Part shown: piece after piece, positions 27,724 to 37,475 of the stretch
Numbering within the stretch: position 1 is the first letter of the stretch
Layout: each line of letters opens with the position of its first letter
Assembly: GCA_045105515.1 (NCBI GenBank)
Contig: JBGCDR010000181.1
Location: 4,460 to 68,459, forward strand
Reading direction: 5' to 3'
Length of the DNA: 64,000 bases
Source of the DNA: Oligoflexales bacterium
Lineage (GTDB): Bacteria; Bdellovibrionota_B; Oligoflexia; Oligoflexales; Bog-1112
Notes under the pieces: model-generated
The model's database searches: none
Told to the model about the DNA's origin: nothing
Seen by the model: only the letters and a program-made list of their open reading frames with translations
Program-made: the position numbers and the translations under genes

Positions 27724-28604
27724 GCTTTAGAGTAAAATTAGAGCAATCCATAGAAAAAAAGAACTCCAGTCTATGCATTGGAATAGATCCTCACCAAAAT
27801 TCATGGCCTCCACTATTCGAAAAAATCGAGCAAGAACAAGGGCGATTAAAAGCGATTTCATATTGGGCACATAGTACCTTAGAAATTGCAGCTTCAAGAA
27901 TACCTGCTGTAAAGTTTCAAAGTGCTATGTTTGAATCTTATGGATCAGAAGGTTTTCACCTACTCCACGAACTTTGTTTAAAAGCAAAAGAATATGGATT
28001 CCATGTTATCCTTGATGCCAAAAGAGCTGATATCTCCTCGACCATGGAAGCATATGGAAGAAGCGCCTTCGAAATTTTTCAAGCAGATAGTCTTACAGTT
28101 TTACCTTATATGGGTTCAGATATTTTAGTGGCTTTAGCACCTTGGTTAAGAGATGGAAAAGGTATCTATATTGTCTGGATCAGCTCTAACTCATCAGGTC
28201 AGGAAGTACAGCTTCTAGAAACTGCCGACAAAAAAACTACTGCTCACAGGGTACTAGAATGCTTTGAAGCCCGGTCTGCGGAACTCTCGATAGAGAATTC
28301 ATTTGGATTGGTTTTAGGGGCAACAATGCTCGACATTCTTAATGAGGATCTTTGGAAAAGTGCTCAAACTTACCCTTTGCTTCTCCCGGGACTTGGAGCA
28401 CAGGGTGCTTCACCTGAGCACCCTAAGATAAAAAGACTTAGCGAGCTTGGTTCGAACCTCCTCCCCATATCTAGATCCTTGACCGGTATAGGGGACAAGG
28501 GAACCGACTTATCTGGTCTGACTACCCTAGATGAGTTTCAAAGAGCCCTTAACTCAAGAATTAGCAAATATTTAAGGCCACTTACAGTAAAACCTCCCTA
28601 TTGA
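27720..28604 (+). CDS. pyrF: Orotidine-5'-phosphate decarboxylase (type 2)
   Basis: Motifs 'SSLCIGIDPH' and 'HVILDAKRADISSTMEAY'. ATG 27720 overlaps the upstream stop (ATGA). The track's 27684 start is probably an extension. Confidence 0.85.
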   Translation: MSFRVKLEQSIEKKNSSLCIGIDPHQNSWPPLFEKIEQEQGRLKAISYWAHSTLEIAASRIPAVKFQSAMFESYGSEGFHLLHELCLKAKEYGFHVILDAKRADISSTMEAYGRSAFEIFQADSLTVLPYMGSDILVALAPWLRDGKGIYIVWISSNSSGQEVQLLETADKKTTAHRVLECFEARSAELSIENSFGLVLGATMLDILNEDLWKSAQTYPLLLPGLGAQGASPEHPKIKRLSELGSNLLPISRSLTGIGDKGTDLSGLTTLDEFQRALNSRISKYLRPLTVKPPY

Positions 28605-28651
28605 GTGTCATAAATGCAACACTTCTAGTACATTGTGTCATTAGCGCAACA
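28605..28651 (+). repeat. Two direct 17-nt repeats immediately after the pyrF stop
   Basis: gtgtcataaatgcaaca (28605-28621) and gtgtcattagcgcaaca (28635-28651) are identical at 14 of 17 positions. The second copy forms the 5' arm of a long-range hairpin, gcgcaacattcc (28644-28655) with ggaatgttccgc (28682-28693). Confidence 0.4.
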
Positions 28652-28978
28652 TTCCTTAACTAAAAGGATTTTCCTCTGAGGGGAATGTTCCGCATTCATC
28701 CAAGTGCATGATATTCTTAGATAGGTAGCCAATCTACTGTTATTACGTCTAAATATCAAGCTCACTCATGCTGAAGTATTTTGACATTGGTTTCAGCTGG
28801 ATTCAACAGAACATGGTACGATTATTGCATTTTATTTATCGTAGCCCTGAATCCAGTCTTTTTGATAAATATAATCATCTGGAATAATGGGATTTTTTGT
28901 GAAGACCTTAGCTTTAGCCTCAAACGTGGCAAGCTCTCCGTGTCTTTTTTTCATTGGCTCGATTTTAGGTTGGAATGC

Positions 28979-29947
28979 ATGACAAGATTCGACATAAGTA
29001 ACTATCAAGGCACAATCACCCGTAACATCAGATTTGCTGGAGTAGGACTTCACACTGGCAAGCTCGTCGAACTTGACGTGTTGCCCGCATCACCAAATAC
29101 TGGCATCAGATTCATCAGATTGGACGTTCCAAATCCCCAACCAATACTTGCACATCCTAACAATATTACATCGACAACTTTATGTACTACCATTGGCAAC
29201 AGCGATTATTCCATTTCAACAATAGAGCACCTCATGGCTGCATTTGCTGGCTTGGGCATTGACAATGCTTTAGTTCAGGTTAACGCTTGCGAGCTTCCTA
29301 TTCTTGATGGGAGCGCCGCTCCATTCGTAGATAAGTTAAATGAGGTGGGGATCCAGATTCAGAGTACAAAGCGTAAAATTATCATCCCAAAACGAGCCAT
29401 AGAAGTTCAAAATGGTGATCAATTTATGCGTTTGGAGCCACTTAGTGACTCTCGTGACGAACAGATCAAAAACCCATATCTTGATATTTCTTGTTCGATA
29501 GACTTTCCTTTTAGCAAAGTTATTGGACAGCAAAAAATAGAGGTTAACTTCTCAAGACGTAATTTTATGGACCTATGTGAAGCGAGAACTTTCTGCCACG
29601 TGGATGACGTGTCTATGATGCGGAAAAAAGGTTTGGCTCAAGGTGGTTCTTTAGATAATGCTGTTGTGGTCAACCATGAAAAAGTTATGAACAATGATGG
29701 TTTAAGGTATAACGATGAATTCGTTAGGCACAAACTATTAGACTGTATCGGTGACTTAGCCCTGTTAGGAGGCAGGCTCACCGGCAGACTTACTCTTCAC
29801 AAAGCTGGACATGGCCTACATGCTCAATTCACTAAAAAAGTATTGGCTGAAGATACTTGTACCACTGTTCCTAGTAATTTGGATGATAAACGCATCAATG
29901 CTGTCGAGGGCATGGGTTTAGCTGCTATGGCAAAAAAACAACCATGA
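28979..29947 (+). CDS. lpxC: UDP-3-O-acyl-N-acetylglucosamine deacetylase
   Basis: 'RNIRFAGVGLHTGKLVELDVLPASPNTGIRFIR', 'TIEHLMAAFAGLGIDN', 'FVRHKLLDCIGDLALLG', 'HKAGHGLH'. I set the start at ATG 28979; the 28781-28978 part of the track ORF has no LpxC-like sequence. Confidence 0.9.
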   Translation: MTRFDISNYQGTITRNIRFAGVGLHTGKLVELDVLPASPNTGIRFIRLDVPNPQPILAHPNNITSTTLCTTIGNSDYSISTIEHLMAAFAGLGIDNALVQVNACELPILDGSAAPFVDKLNEVGIQIQSTKRKIIIPKRAIEVQNGDQFMRLEPLSDSRDEQIKNPYLDISCSIDFPFSKVIGQQKIEVNFSRRNFMDLCEARTFCHVDDVSMMRKKGLAQGGSLDNAVVVNHEKVMNNDGLRYNDEFVRHKLLDCIGDLALLGGRLTGRLTLHKAGHGLHAQFTKKVLAEDTCTTVPSNLDDKRINAVEGMGLAAMAKKQP

Positions 29948-29957
29948 AGTAAAGTTC

Positions 29958-30941
29958 CTACAAACCTTTGCTTGGTTCTGATTCAATAAGACCATCCAAG
30001 ATTTTTTTTGCAGGCCCAAACCATTTTTTTTCACCAAGTAACCTAAGAATAGTGCCAAGTTTCTGAGTTGAACAGAGGGCTTTTTTCAAACTTTTCCACT
30101 CAATCTCCTCAGCAAGGATCTCCATCCAATCTAAACGATCTGACCTGACTACCAATTTAAGAAGTTTTTCTACGAACTCTTCGTTTTCCTTATATTCAGG
30201 TAAAAAAGCCAACATTTCTTCCCAGGCTTTCTTGTGCCAAGAAAAAAGATAAGGAGCATCTAGTACCACAACAGCCATAAAAAACGATATTTCAGGATTT
30301 GAACCCACGACCTTCAAACAACTTTGCAATGAATCAAATGCCCCTTGATACTTTTTTTCCAACCAAAAAGCCTTTGCAAGTTGAAACCATGCTAATACTT
30401 CTTGTTCATCTGCAGCTGTAGCATCTTCCAACACTGGGATCGCTGCCGCTGACATTCCAGATTCCAGAAGAGCCTGACCCTTGAGAGTTAGGATGGGTGC
30501 ATAGGATACCTGAACCTGGTCACAAATATCTAAGCATGAATCATAGTCATTTTGATTAAAAGCTGACCATGCCGCCAAAAAATAAAAACTAACCAGCCCC
30601 GTATTTACTGCAGCTTTCTGCATCAAAAGAAAAAATTCATCTTCCTTTCCAATAGCAAATGCATCATAACCCCAGCTTGATATAATTTGTGCAAGAGAAA
30701 CCCCTGAAAAATCAAAGAACCTCTCAATCTCCTGATAATCTATGAGAATATTCTCTGACTCTTTTAGCAAGCGTGATAAAGCACTATGCCATATTATTGA
30801 TGCTTCAGTGGGCCTTAGTGTAAGTGCACGACAAAATTGCCATACGATATGCTCTACCGGATCCTCTTCAAATGTGGGATATATATCTGAGTTTTCTTGG
30901 TACCATCGACTTAAACTGGGAAATTCGTCAAGATGGGGCAT
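29958..30941 (-). CDS. Hypothetical helical-repeat protein
   Basis: 327-aa ORF with a GAAGGT RBS. The composition is TPR-like alpha-helical. No catalytic motif recognised. Confidence 0.5.
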   Translation of the reverse strand: MPHLDEFPSLSRWYQENSDIYPTFEEDPVEHIVWQFCRALTLRPTEASIIWHSALSRLLKESENILIDYQEIERFFDFSGVSLAQIISSWGYDAFAIGKEDEFFLLMQKAAVNTGLVSFYFLAAWSAFNQNDYDSCLDICDQVQVSYAPILTLKGQALLESGMSAAAIPVLEDATAADEQEVLAWFQLAKAFWLEKKYQGAFDSLQSCLKVVGSNPEISFFMAVVVLDAPYLFSWHKKAWEEMLAFLPEYKENEEFVEKLLKLVVRSDRLDWMEILAEEIEWKSLKKALCSTQKLGTILRLLGEKKWFGPAKKILDGLIESEPSKGL

Positions 30942-31130
30942 AATTAACCTTCGAAAATGTCATTTTCTTTTTCACACTGTTTCAATTAGTCATCTAGCAA
31001 TTTATCAAATTTTATCACATTTCTCATGTAATCATTAAGTTTTTATCAGCTGATGTCCGTTGAATTTTCGAATATTTCATTGTAAGAATTTTTTATGTAA
31101 AAATGACGTAGCTGCTCAACGAGGATATGG

Positions 31131-32486
31131 ATGGCCTACAAGATTTTGCTTGGAATCATAATTGGTAGGCTTATTCAAGATCATTATAATATATTGATTG
31201 ATGTATTTTTCAATAGATGGCCTGCTCCTATGTTTGCCTTCATCATCTCTCATATATTGAAGAAGCACAGGTTATTTCATTCCTTTGTTCTTATCTTGTA
31301 TGGATCCGTTTCTGCTCTAGGCACCCCTCAATTTCAAAACACCTCGCTAAACTCTGCAAAGGTAATTTACACAAATATGTTTGGCTTAAGTTCTAAACTA
31401 GCAATAGTCCAAAGTGACACGAAAAGATATTTAGTCAAAGGATCAAAGCTCCTCCCCAATTTGGAGGGTACAGTTGAACATGGTCAATTCAAGCCTCAAT
31501 TTCAAATTCCAGGTAAATATCATCCATGGTCAAATGTTCAAATTTGGTCAACGAAGCTATCTAGTTTTATCCAAAGACAAATATCTACACTTCCTCATTC
31601 AATAAAAACCTGGATAGAGGCGCTTTTACTAGGAAAAGTAGGCACTATTTCCAAAGATTTGCAAGATGCACTAAAATTCCTCGGGATTTATCATATTGCA
31701 ATTATTAGTGGGCTCCATCTAAGCATATTGAGTAAACTTCTAAACCAAGCTCTCTATATGCCAATAAATTTTTTGTATAGCATAAGAGTTTTATCGCCCA
31801 CTTTGCATATCCTTTCCAAACTATTTTCAGATTTAGTTTTTTTATTTTTTTTGATTATATATGCAGAGTCATTATGTTTTACGCAACCGATCCAAAGAGC
31901 AATAATTCTTTTTGGTATGGGATTAATCCATTCGCTTTTTTGGGGTAAATCACAGCAATTTAGTCAGATACCTTACTATCTTTGCTGCCAGGCTTTGATA
32001 TTTCCTTTAGGATTTTTTAGTTTCTCAACCTTCATGAGTTGGGGAGCGTATTTTGTCGCTGTTTCACCTGAACATCAAATATTTGGTCCGATCATCTGGC
32101 AAAAAATAGCAAAACAGCTGCTCCTCACACTGTTATGTTTTTCTATTTTTGGTGAGCTCAGCCTAGCCGGTATAATCATCAACTTAATTTTAAATTTTTT
32201 TCTACCTAGTTTATTGATTAGTGCAATTACACTAATTTTCGTCACCGGAAATTATTTCCAAATAGAATTGATACTGGTTGAATATCACAAGAAATTTCAA
32301 GAAATTTGTATTTACTTATACAATAATTTAGGTAGTTATCAATTCTTATATATTAAATTGTATGACTACAGTCTCTTAAGAACGATAGTCGGGCTAGTCG
32401 TTAGTTTATGCGTACTCATAATTTACTCAGACAGGTCGATAAAGAGCGAGCCATACAACAAACTGAATGGACCAAGCCATGCTTAG
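31131..32486 (+). CDS. comEC: ComEC/Rec2-family membrane protein (competence domain only)
   Basis: The family motif is 'LKFLGIYHIAIISGLHLSILS'. Many hydrophobic segments. No HxHxDH metallo-beta-lactamase motif occurs anywhere in the 451 aa. Confidence 0.65.
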   Translation: MAYKILLGIIIGRLIQDHYNILIDVFFNRWPAPMFAFIISHILKKHRLFHSFVLILYGSVSALGTPQFQNTSLNSAKVIYTNMFGLSSKLAIVQSDTKRYLVKGSKLLPNLEGTVEHGQFKPQFQIPGKYHPWSNVQIWSTKLSSFIQRQISTLPHSIKTWIEALLLGKVGTISKDLQDALKFLGIYHIAIISGLHLSILSKLLNQALYMPINFLYSIRVLSPTLHILSKLFSDLVFLFFLIIYAESLCFTQPIQRAIILFGMGLIHSLFWGKSQQFSQIPYYLCCQALIFPLGFFSFSTFMSWGAYFVAVSPEHQIFGPIIWQKIAKQLLLTLLCFSIFGELSLAGIIINLILNFFLPSLLISAITLIFVTGNYFQIELILVEYHKKFQEICIYLYNNLGSYQFLYIKLYDYSLLRTIVGLVVSLCVLIIYSDRSIKSEPYNKLNGPSHA

Positions 32487-32919
32487 AGATTTAAAAGTAC
32501 TTATAGTAGAAGATTCCCCGCTAGTGCAAAAACAAATAACCCTAGCATTTGAAGATGCTGGCTTTGATGTCATCGGAAAAGCTCAAAACGGTGTGGAAGC
32601 GCTGATGAAATGCAAGAAAGTTCAACCCGATCTAATAAGTATCGATGTCATTATGCCAGAAATGCATGGAATAGATTTGTATAAGCAAATAAAAAAACTG
32701 TACCCAGATATAAAGTGCTTATTCATAACCTGTTTACGATCAGACCAAATCAAGGATGCATTCCCAAATGAAATACAACCTTTCCAATTCCTTGACAAAC
32801 CAACAAATCCTGAGACTCTATATGCTGCTGTGGAAACTCTCTACGAAACCCCTACTCAGGAAACTGAGCCAACTAACGATGAAAAAAGCCCAGAGCTCCC
32901 GACCCAAGGAGCATCATAA
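32467..32919 (+). CDS. Stand-alone receiver-domain response regulator with Pro/Glu/Thr-rich tail
   Basis: 'VLIVEDSPLV', phospho-acceptor 'DLISIDVIMPEMHGID', 'LFITC', 'FLDKP'. The tail is 'ETPTQETEPTNDEKSPELPTQGAS'. The start may be ATG 32479. Confidence 0.85.
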   Translation: MDQAMLRDLKVLIVEDSPLVQKQITLAFEDAGFDVIGKAQNGVEALMKCKKVQPDLISIDVIMPEMHGIDLYKQIKKLYPDIKCLFITCLRSDQIKDAFPNEIQPFQFLDKPTNPETLYAAVETLYETPTQETEPTNDEKSPELPTQGAS

Positions 32920-34071
32920 CTATTCCGGTGCAGTACCAACATCTGGTTTCAATCCTTGTTTTATGAAGGTCGTTCTATTCAAACGATTAGAGGGTGAGCT
33001 CGATTTAACAGTTGCCATATAACCACTTAGAAGAGCTACCAAGAGCGAAAAAAGCCCTACTAAGAGAAAAGCGTTATGCCATACCGCACCAAGAAGGAAG
33101 AGTCCAAACGTAGCAATTCCGCAAACAATAGCGTTGATCAAAAGCTTATCTTTTTTGACTATGGACATTTCGCCTTTTAAAATGCCTCCCGCATAGCCTT
33201 CAAGCATCACATTTTTTTCCCTGGCTTTATGGAAATGTTTAAGCACACTCGCAGGTTGGTATATATACCTAGCATGCCAAAATGGAAGGTGAATCAGTTG
33301 GATACCAGCTATTTCTAATTCACTCCTTGTATCGACCAAAATTTCAACATTCAGTTTTGCCAGAGCATGGTGGTAGTTTGTCACGTGATTACGGGCCCTC
33401 CGTAAGGCCTCTTCCTCTGATACTTGAATAGTTAATATTGGCAGGCCATTAGCATACTTAAACTCGAAAAATTCGCGAACATCATAGGCGGAAAGCTCAT
33501 CATCACCTGATTTTGAGGTCTTTATACCTAGGCTAGGATCAATCCTACCTCTTGAAAAAGTAGAATCTAAAGGAAAACCATCCCAGTCAACTTCAAGCTG
33601 CTCCTTAGGTTCGTGAAGATGAGTCATTCCCCAATTTTCGCAAAGATTTTTACGGGCTGAAATAGCCCAACGATAGTTTCTCCTAAACTGGCCTTCTTCC
33701 ATAATATAGTTAGCGCCTAATCCGTGATCTAAGGCAGATTTTTGGCGTTTTACTAGGCCTTTCCACATGGTATGGGCTTCAAGGGACACAATCCAGAATG
33801 GGATGGAAAAACCATTAATATCAGTAATAAAGTATTCTTTGTCTACATTCTCAGCATGGTGATGAAGGCGTTTGATCCACTCGGTAAAAATTGCCTTTAC
33901 TTGCCTTTGATCGCAAGAATTAGGAACAATATAGTGATCTGAATATATTTCCTTTTTCCCGGTTTCCATGGATATTCTAAAGGTTACCGAACAAAAGGGG
34001 CACATAAGGAGCTTATCCATCAGGTCATATTGGGAAGGTGCATTACAGCTCGGACAGGCTAACTCATGCAT
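32920..34071 (-). CDS. Zinc-ribbon protein with two C-terminal transmembrane helices, unknown function
   Basis: I set the start at 'MHELACPSCNAP...CPFCSVTF' (a CxxC...CxxC ribbon); the track ORF extends to 34197. The C-terminal hydrophobic segments are 'LLINAIVCGIATFGLFLLGAVW' and 'FLLVGLFSLLVALLSGYM'. Confidence 0.5.
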   Translation of the reverse strand: MHELACPSCNAPSQYDLMDKLLMCPFCSVTFRISMETGKKEIYSDHYIVPNSCDQRQVKAIFTEWIKRLHHHAENVDKEYFITDINGFSIPFWIVSLEAHTMWKGLVKRQKSALDHGLGANYIMEEGQFRRNYRWAISARKNLCENWGMTHLHEPKEQLEVDWDGFPLDSTFSRGRIDPSLGIKTSKSGDDELSAYDVREFFEFKYANGLPILTIQVSEEEALRRARNHVTNYHHALAKLNVEILVDTRSELEIAGIQLIHLPFWHARYIYQPASVLKHFHKAREKNVMLEGYAGGILKGEMSIVKKDKLLINAIVCGIATFGLFLLGAVWHNAFLLVGLFSLLVALLSGYMATVKSSSPSNRLNRTTFIKQGLKPDVGTAPE

Positions 34072-34275
34072 AGGCCGAATCTCCTTAGGGTGTGGTCCAC
34101 AAGATAATTTTAGCACGCATAGAGTTGACAAGACACGGATCGGCATTAGTTTGTGGTTATCAGGCAGGCAGGACTGCAGAAGACAGATTTCTTGCAAGCC
34201 CTAAAAGCTATAACTAAATGATTTTACTAAATTATTTTATATTCAAATAACTCACTCATAGAATGGAGAGAAGGC

Positions 34276-36186
34276 ATGGGAAAGATTATTGGAATTGATT
34301 TAGGGACTACTAACTCGGTTGTTTCGGTCTTGGAGCAGGGGCAAGTTAAAATTATCCCAAATGCCGAAGGACAAAGAACCACCCCTAGTGTGGTTGCTTA
34401 CACCAAAGATGGCGGAGAAGTTTTAGTTGGTGCTGCAGCACGAAGACAAGCCGTAACCAACCCACAAAGAACAGTATTTTCAGCAAAAAGATTTATCGGC
34501 TGTAAGTTTACCGAGCGCGAAGATGAATCAAGAAAAGTTCCTTACACTGTAAAAAGTGGTAACGGAGGAACTGCTGTATTTGATATTGATGGCAAAGATG
34601 TCCATCCTACAGAAATTTCTGCGAAAGTTTTAGGCAAGCTTAAGCAGGCTGCGGAAGATTACCTGGGAGAGGCTGTCACTGAAGCCGTTATTACTGTACC
34701 TGCTTATTTCAACGACTCCCAACGGCAAGCAACCAAAGACGCTGGTAAAATTGCTGGCCTAGACGTTAAGCGGATCGTCGCTGAACCAACTGCAGCAGCC
34801 TTAGCTTATGGGATGGACAAGAAACACCACGAAAAAGTCGCCGTATTTGACTTCGGTGGCGGTACTTTTGATATATCCATCCTTGAAGTGGGTGACAATG
34901 TTGTCGAAGTTCTTGCGACCAACGGCGACTCTCACTTAGGTGGTGATAATGTTGATGAAGTTTTGATTCACTTCTTAGTAGAAACTTTCAAAAAAGACAC
35001 TGGCATTGATGTCTCAGCAGATCCAATGGCAATGCAACGCCTAAAAGAGGCAGCAGAAAAAGCAAAGATCGAGCTTTCTTCTTCTGTAACGACTGAAGTG
35101 AATCTACCATTCTTAACGGCTGATCAATCTGGCCCTAAGCATTTAAACGTATCAATCCAACGATCTGAGTTTGAGAAACTCATTGCCGGCCTGATTGAGA
35201 AGACGTTGGAGCCATGCAGAAAGTGTGTCGCCGATGCCGGAATTCCTGTATCAGACATCAACGAAATCCTTCTAGTTGGTGGCTCCACTCGTATTCCTTT
35301 AGTACAGCAAAAAGTCAAAGAGTTTTTCCAAAAAGAACCCAATAAAAGTGTAAACCCAGATGAAGTAGTTGCACACGGTGCTGCAATCCAAGCAGGTATC
35401 TTAGGCGGTGATGTAAAAGACATTCTTCTGCTTGACGTTACACCACTATCTCTTGGAATTGAAACTCAAGGTGGTGTTATGACACGCCTCATTGATCGCA
35501 ACACCACAATCCCTACTAAGAAAAGCCAGGTCTTCTCAACTGCTGCTGATAACCAAACTTCAGTAGAGATCCTAGTCCTTCAGGGTGAACGCGATATGGC
35601 TTCAGACAACCGTAAGATTGGTAGTTTCAGCTTAGTGGATATTCCTCCTGCACCACGCGGAGTTCCACAGATCGAAGTAACCTTCGATATTGACGCCAAT
35701 GCCATCCTTTCTGTCTCTGCTAAAGACATGGGCACAGGAAAGGAACAAAACATCAAAATTACTGCAGAAACTAAGCTTTCAGACGATGATATCGACAAAA
35801 TGGTCAAGGAAGGTGAGGCGAACGCTGAAGCCGATAAAGCCAAAAGAGAAAAAGTTGAAGCCCACAATAACTTGGACTCTATGGTCTACCAGGCTGAGAA
35901 GCTTCTAAAAGACAATACCAACTTGCCAAAAGACCTCAAAGAAGAGGTTGAGTCTGCAATCAACACAGCTAAGTCCAAGCTTGATGGAGACGTACCAACC
36001 CTTAAAGCCGCAAAGACTGAGTTTGAAGCTAAGCTCCACAAACTTACTGAACATGTTTACAAGCAGGCGGGTGCTCAGCAAGGTCAAGGGGGTCAAACCG
36101 GTGATCCTCAGCAGGCACAGACAGAGAACAAGTCTGACGACAATGTGGTTGACGCAGAGTTCGAAGAAGGTGATAGCAAAAAATAA
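34276..36186 (+). CDS. dnaK: Molecular chaperone DnaK (Hsp70)
   Basis: '[11 protein letters not shown]', '[21 protein letters not shown]', '[12 protein letters not shown]', '[11 protein letters not shown]'. Full-length at 636 aa. Confidence 0.98.
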   Translation: MGKIIGIDLGTTNSVVSVLEQGQVKIIPNAEGQRTTPSVVAYTKDGGEVLVGAAARRQAVTNPQRTVFSAKRFIGCKFTEREDESRKVPYTVKSGNGGTAVFDIDGKDVHPTEISAKVLGKLKQAAEDYLGEAVTEAVITVPAYFNDSQRQATKDAGKIAGLDVKRIVAEPTAAALAYGMDKKHHEKVAVFDFGGGTFDISILEVGDNVVEVLATNGDSHLGGDNVDEVLIHFLVETFKKDTGIDVSADPMAMQRLKEAAEKAKIELSSSVTTEVNLPFLTADQSGPKHLNVSIQRSEFEKLIAGLIEKTLEPCRKCVADAGIPVSDINEILLVGGSTRIPLVQQKVKEFFQKEPNKSVNPDEVVAHGAAIQAGILGGDVKDILLLDVTPLSLGIETQGGVMTRLIDRNTTIPTKKSQVFSTAADNQTSVEILVLQGERDMASDNRKIGSFSLVDIPPAPRGVPQIEVTFDIDANAILSVSAKDMGTGKEQNIKITAETKLSDDDIDKMVKEGEANAEADKAKREKVEAHNNLDSMVYQAEKLLKDNTNLPKDLKEEVESAINTAKSKLDGDVPTLKAAKTEFEAKLHKLTEHVYKQAGAQQGQGGQTGDPQQAQTENKSDDNVVDAEFEEGDSKK

Positions 36187-36206
36187 TCTCGTACAACGAG
36201 AAGCTC

Positions 36207-36250
36207 AAAAAGCTCCTAGTGCCTCGGTTCTAGGAGCTTTTTATTTTTAT
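36207..36250 (+). terminator. Rho-independent terminator of dnaK
   Basis: The 13-bp stem pairs aaaaagctcctag with ctaggagcttttt. The loop is tgcctcggtt, and ttatttttat follows. Confidence 0.75.
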
Positions 36251-36295
36251 AAGACAATTTATAGAGTCTATAAGCATTTGAGCCACATAGAGCTA

Positions 36296-36474
36296 AGATC
36301 TCTCCCTTCACTTGCGCTCAGTCGAGATGATAGAGACCTAAATCGTTATCTTGAGCAAAGCCAATACGAGAACCCTTCACTGAGTCGAGATGATGGGCTA
36401 GAATCTAGATTAGTCAAAATAGTCATCTCGAGCATAGTCGAGAGATCCCTCTCGCTTACTGCAGAATCAAGATA
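36296..36474. repeat. Cluster of the same intergenic repeat family as 507-716 (direct and inverted copies)
   Basis: Copies: agatctctcccttcacttgcgctcagtcgagatgat (36296-36331); gagaacccttcactgagtcgagatgat (36368-36394); the inverted core agtcatctcgagc (36421-36433), followed by gtcgagagatccctctcgcttactgcagaatcaaga. tcgagatga (36385-36393) pairs with tcatctcga (36423-36431). Confidence 0.55.
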
Positions 36475-36546
36475 ACAAACTCAAACCAGGCCAACGAATT
36501 TATGTTTTATGGCAGGAACAAATTTTCGGTGAAAAAAGAGAAAAAT

Positions 36547-37161
36547 TTAAGAATGGACTGCCTGACTCCGATGCACTCCAACTCTGTGAAGCATCTTCGG
36601 ATGTTTCATAAATGAATTTTTGTTTCTACTTTTAAATTTTTGCTCCATAGCTTTTTTTGCCTTATGACGTTTCTTATGGAGTTTAAAATCTTTTAGATAA
36701 TCTTTACGAGCAGCCTCAGCTTCTTCCCATGCATTTGAACTGGTAACAAATTGATATAGATGCTCGCATTCTTCGCAGGCTTTACTCCCTAGAGCATCCA
36801 TGGCATCTGCGAATTGTACTCCCCAAACAGCATAAATATCTTCAGGTTTATCTAGTTTTTCTGCCATCAATGGCAAAACCCAACCAGCATACTCTTCTTT
36901 TATCCAACGAAAAGTATAAAAACCTATGTTTGTAAAAGGAGCAAAACCGAACTTACGGGATTGCTGTCTTGAGTAATCAATTCTATTTTTTTCTTTAAGT
37001 AATGCCTTTGCAATCCAACTACCGTCACCAGCCTTTTGATTGTTAATCATATCCTGGGCAATCTTTTGAAAAGAACTGTTCGGTAATTTGTAGAGGGTAC
37101 TGCAAGCGAAATCCTTAACCATCTTTGTGGTTTCCCTCAGTGTCTCTTTATCTCGATGCAT
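36547..37161 (-). CDS. Hypothetical protein with basic C-terminal tail
   Basis: 204-aa ORF with GAGGA 7 nt upstream of the ATG. The C-terminus is Lys/His-rich (KLHKKRHKAKKAMEQKFKSRNKN). No motif recognised. Confidence 0.5.
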   Translation of the reverse strand: MHRDKETLRETTKMVKDFACSTLYKLPNSSFQKIAQDMINNQKAGDGSWIAKALLKEKNRIDYSRQQSRKFGFAPFTNIGFYTFRWIKEEYAGWVLPLMAEKLDKPEDIYAVWGVQFADAMDALGSKACEECEHLYQFVTSSNAWEEAEAARKDYLKDFKLHKKRHKAKKAMEQKFKSRNKNSFMKHPKMLHRVGVHRSQAVHS

Positions 37162-37475
37162 GGTTAATCCTCACTATCATATATAAACTGCAACTCTTTG
37201 ATTTTAAAAAGCTCAACTTGTGGCCAGTGAAACAAAATTCAATTCTGTGGATTTTTCGAAACCAAGCTTGCTTTATCTGAAGCAAAGATTAGCTCTATTT
37301 GGCACTTATACACAAGAAAAAACTATGAATCCACCTCTAAAGAGGCGCCTAAACAAGAATCTCTAAGACAACACGCTGGAATAAAATATTTTTCTTTTCT
37401 AGCCCGCCAATACCTTAAGAGCCATATCTTTATATGAAATACAGGCAAAAAAGAAAAGCTAAAAGTTATAACATA

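Noticed and set aside
28781-28978. N-terminal 66-codon extension of the lpxC track ORF
   Set aside because: LpxC homology starts at MTRFDISNYQGTITRNIRF (ATG 28979). The extension is hydrophobic nonsense not seen in LpxC proteins.
35948-36475. 175-aa plus-strand ORF
   Set aside because: It overlaps the dnaK 3' end in another frame, then runs through the terminator and the repeat cluster.
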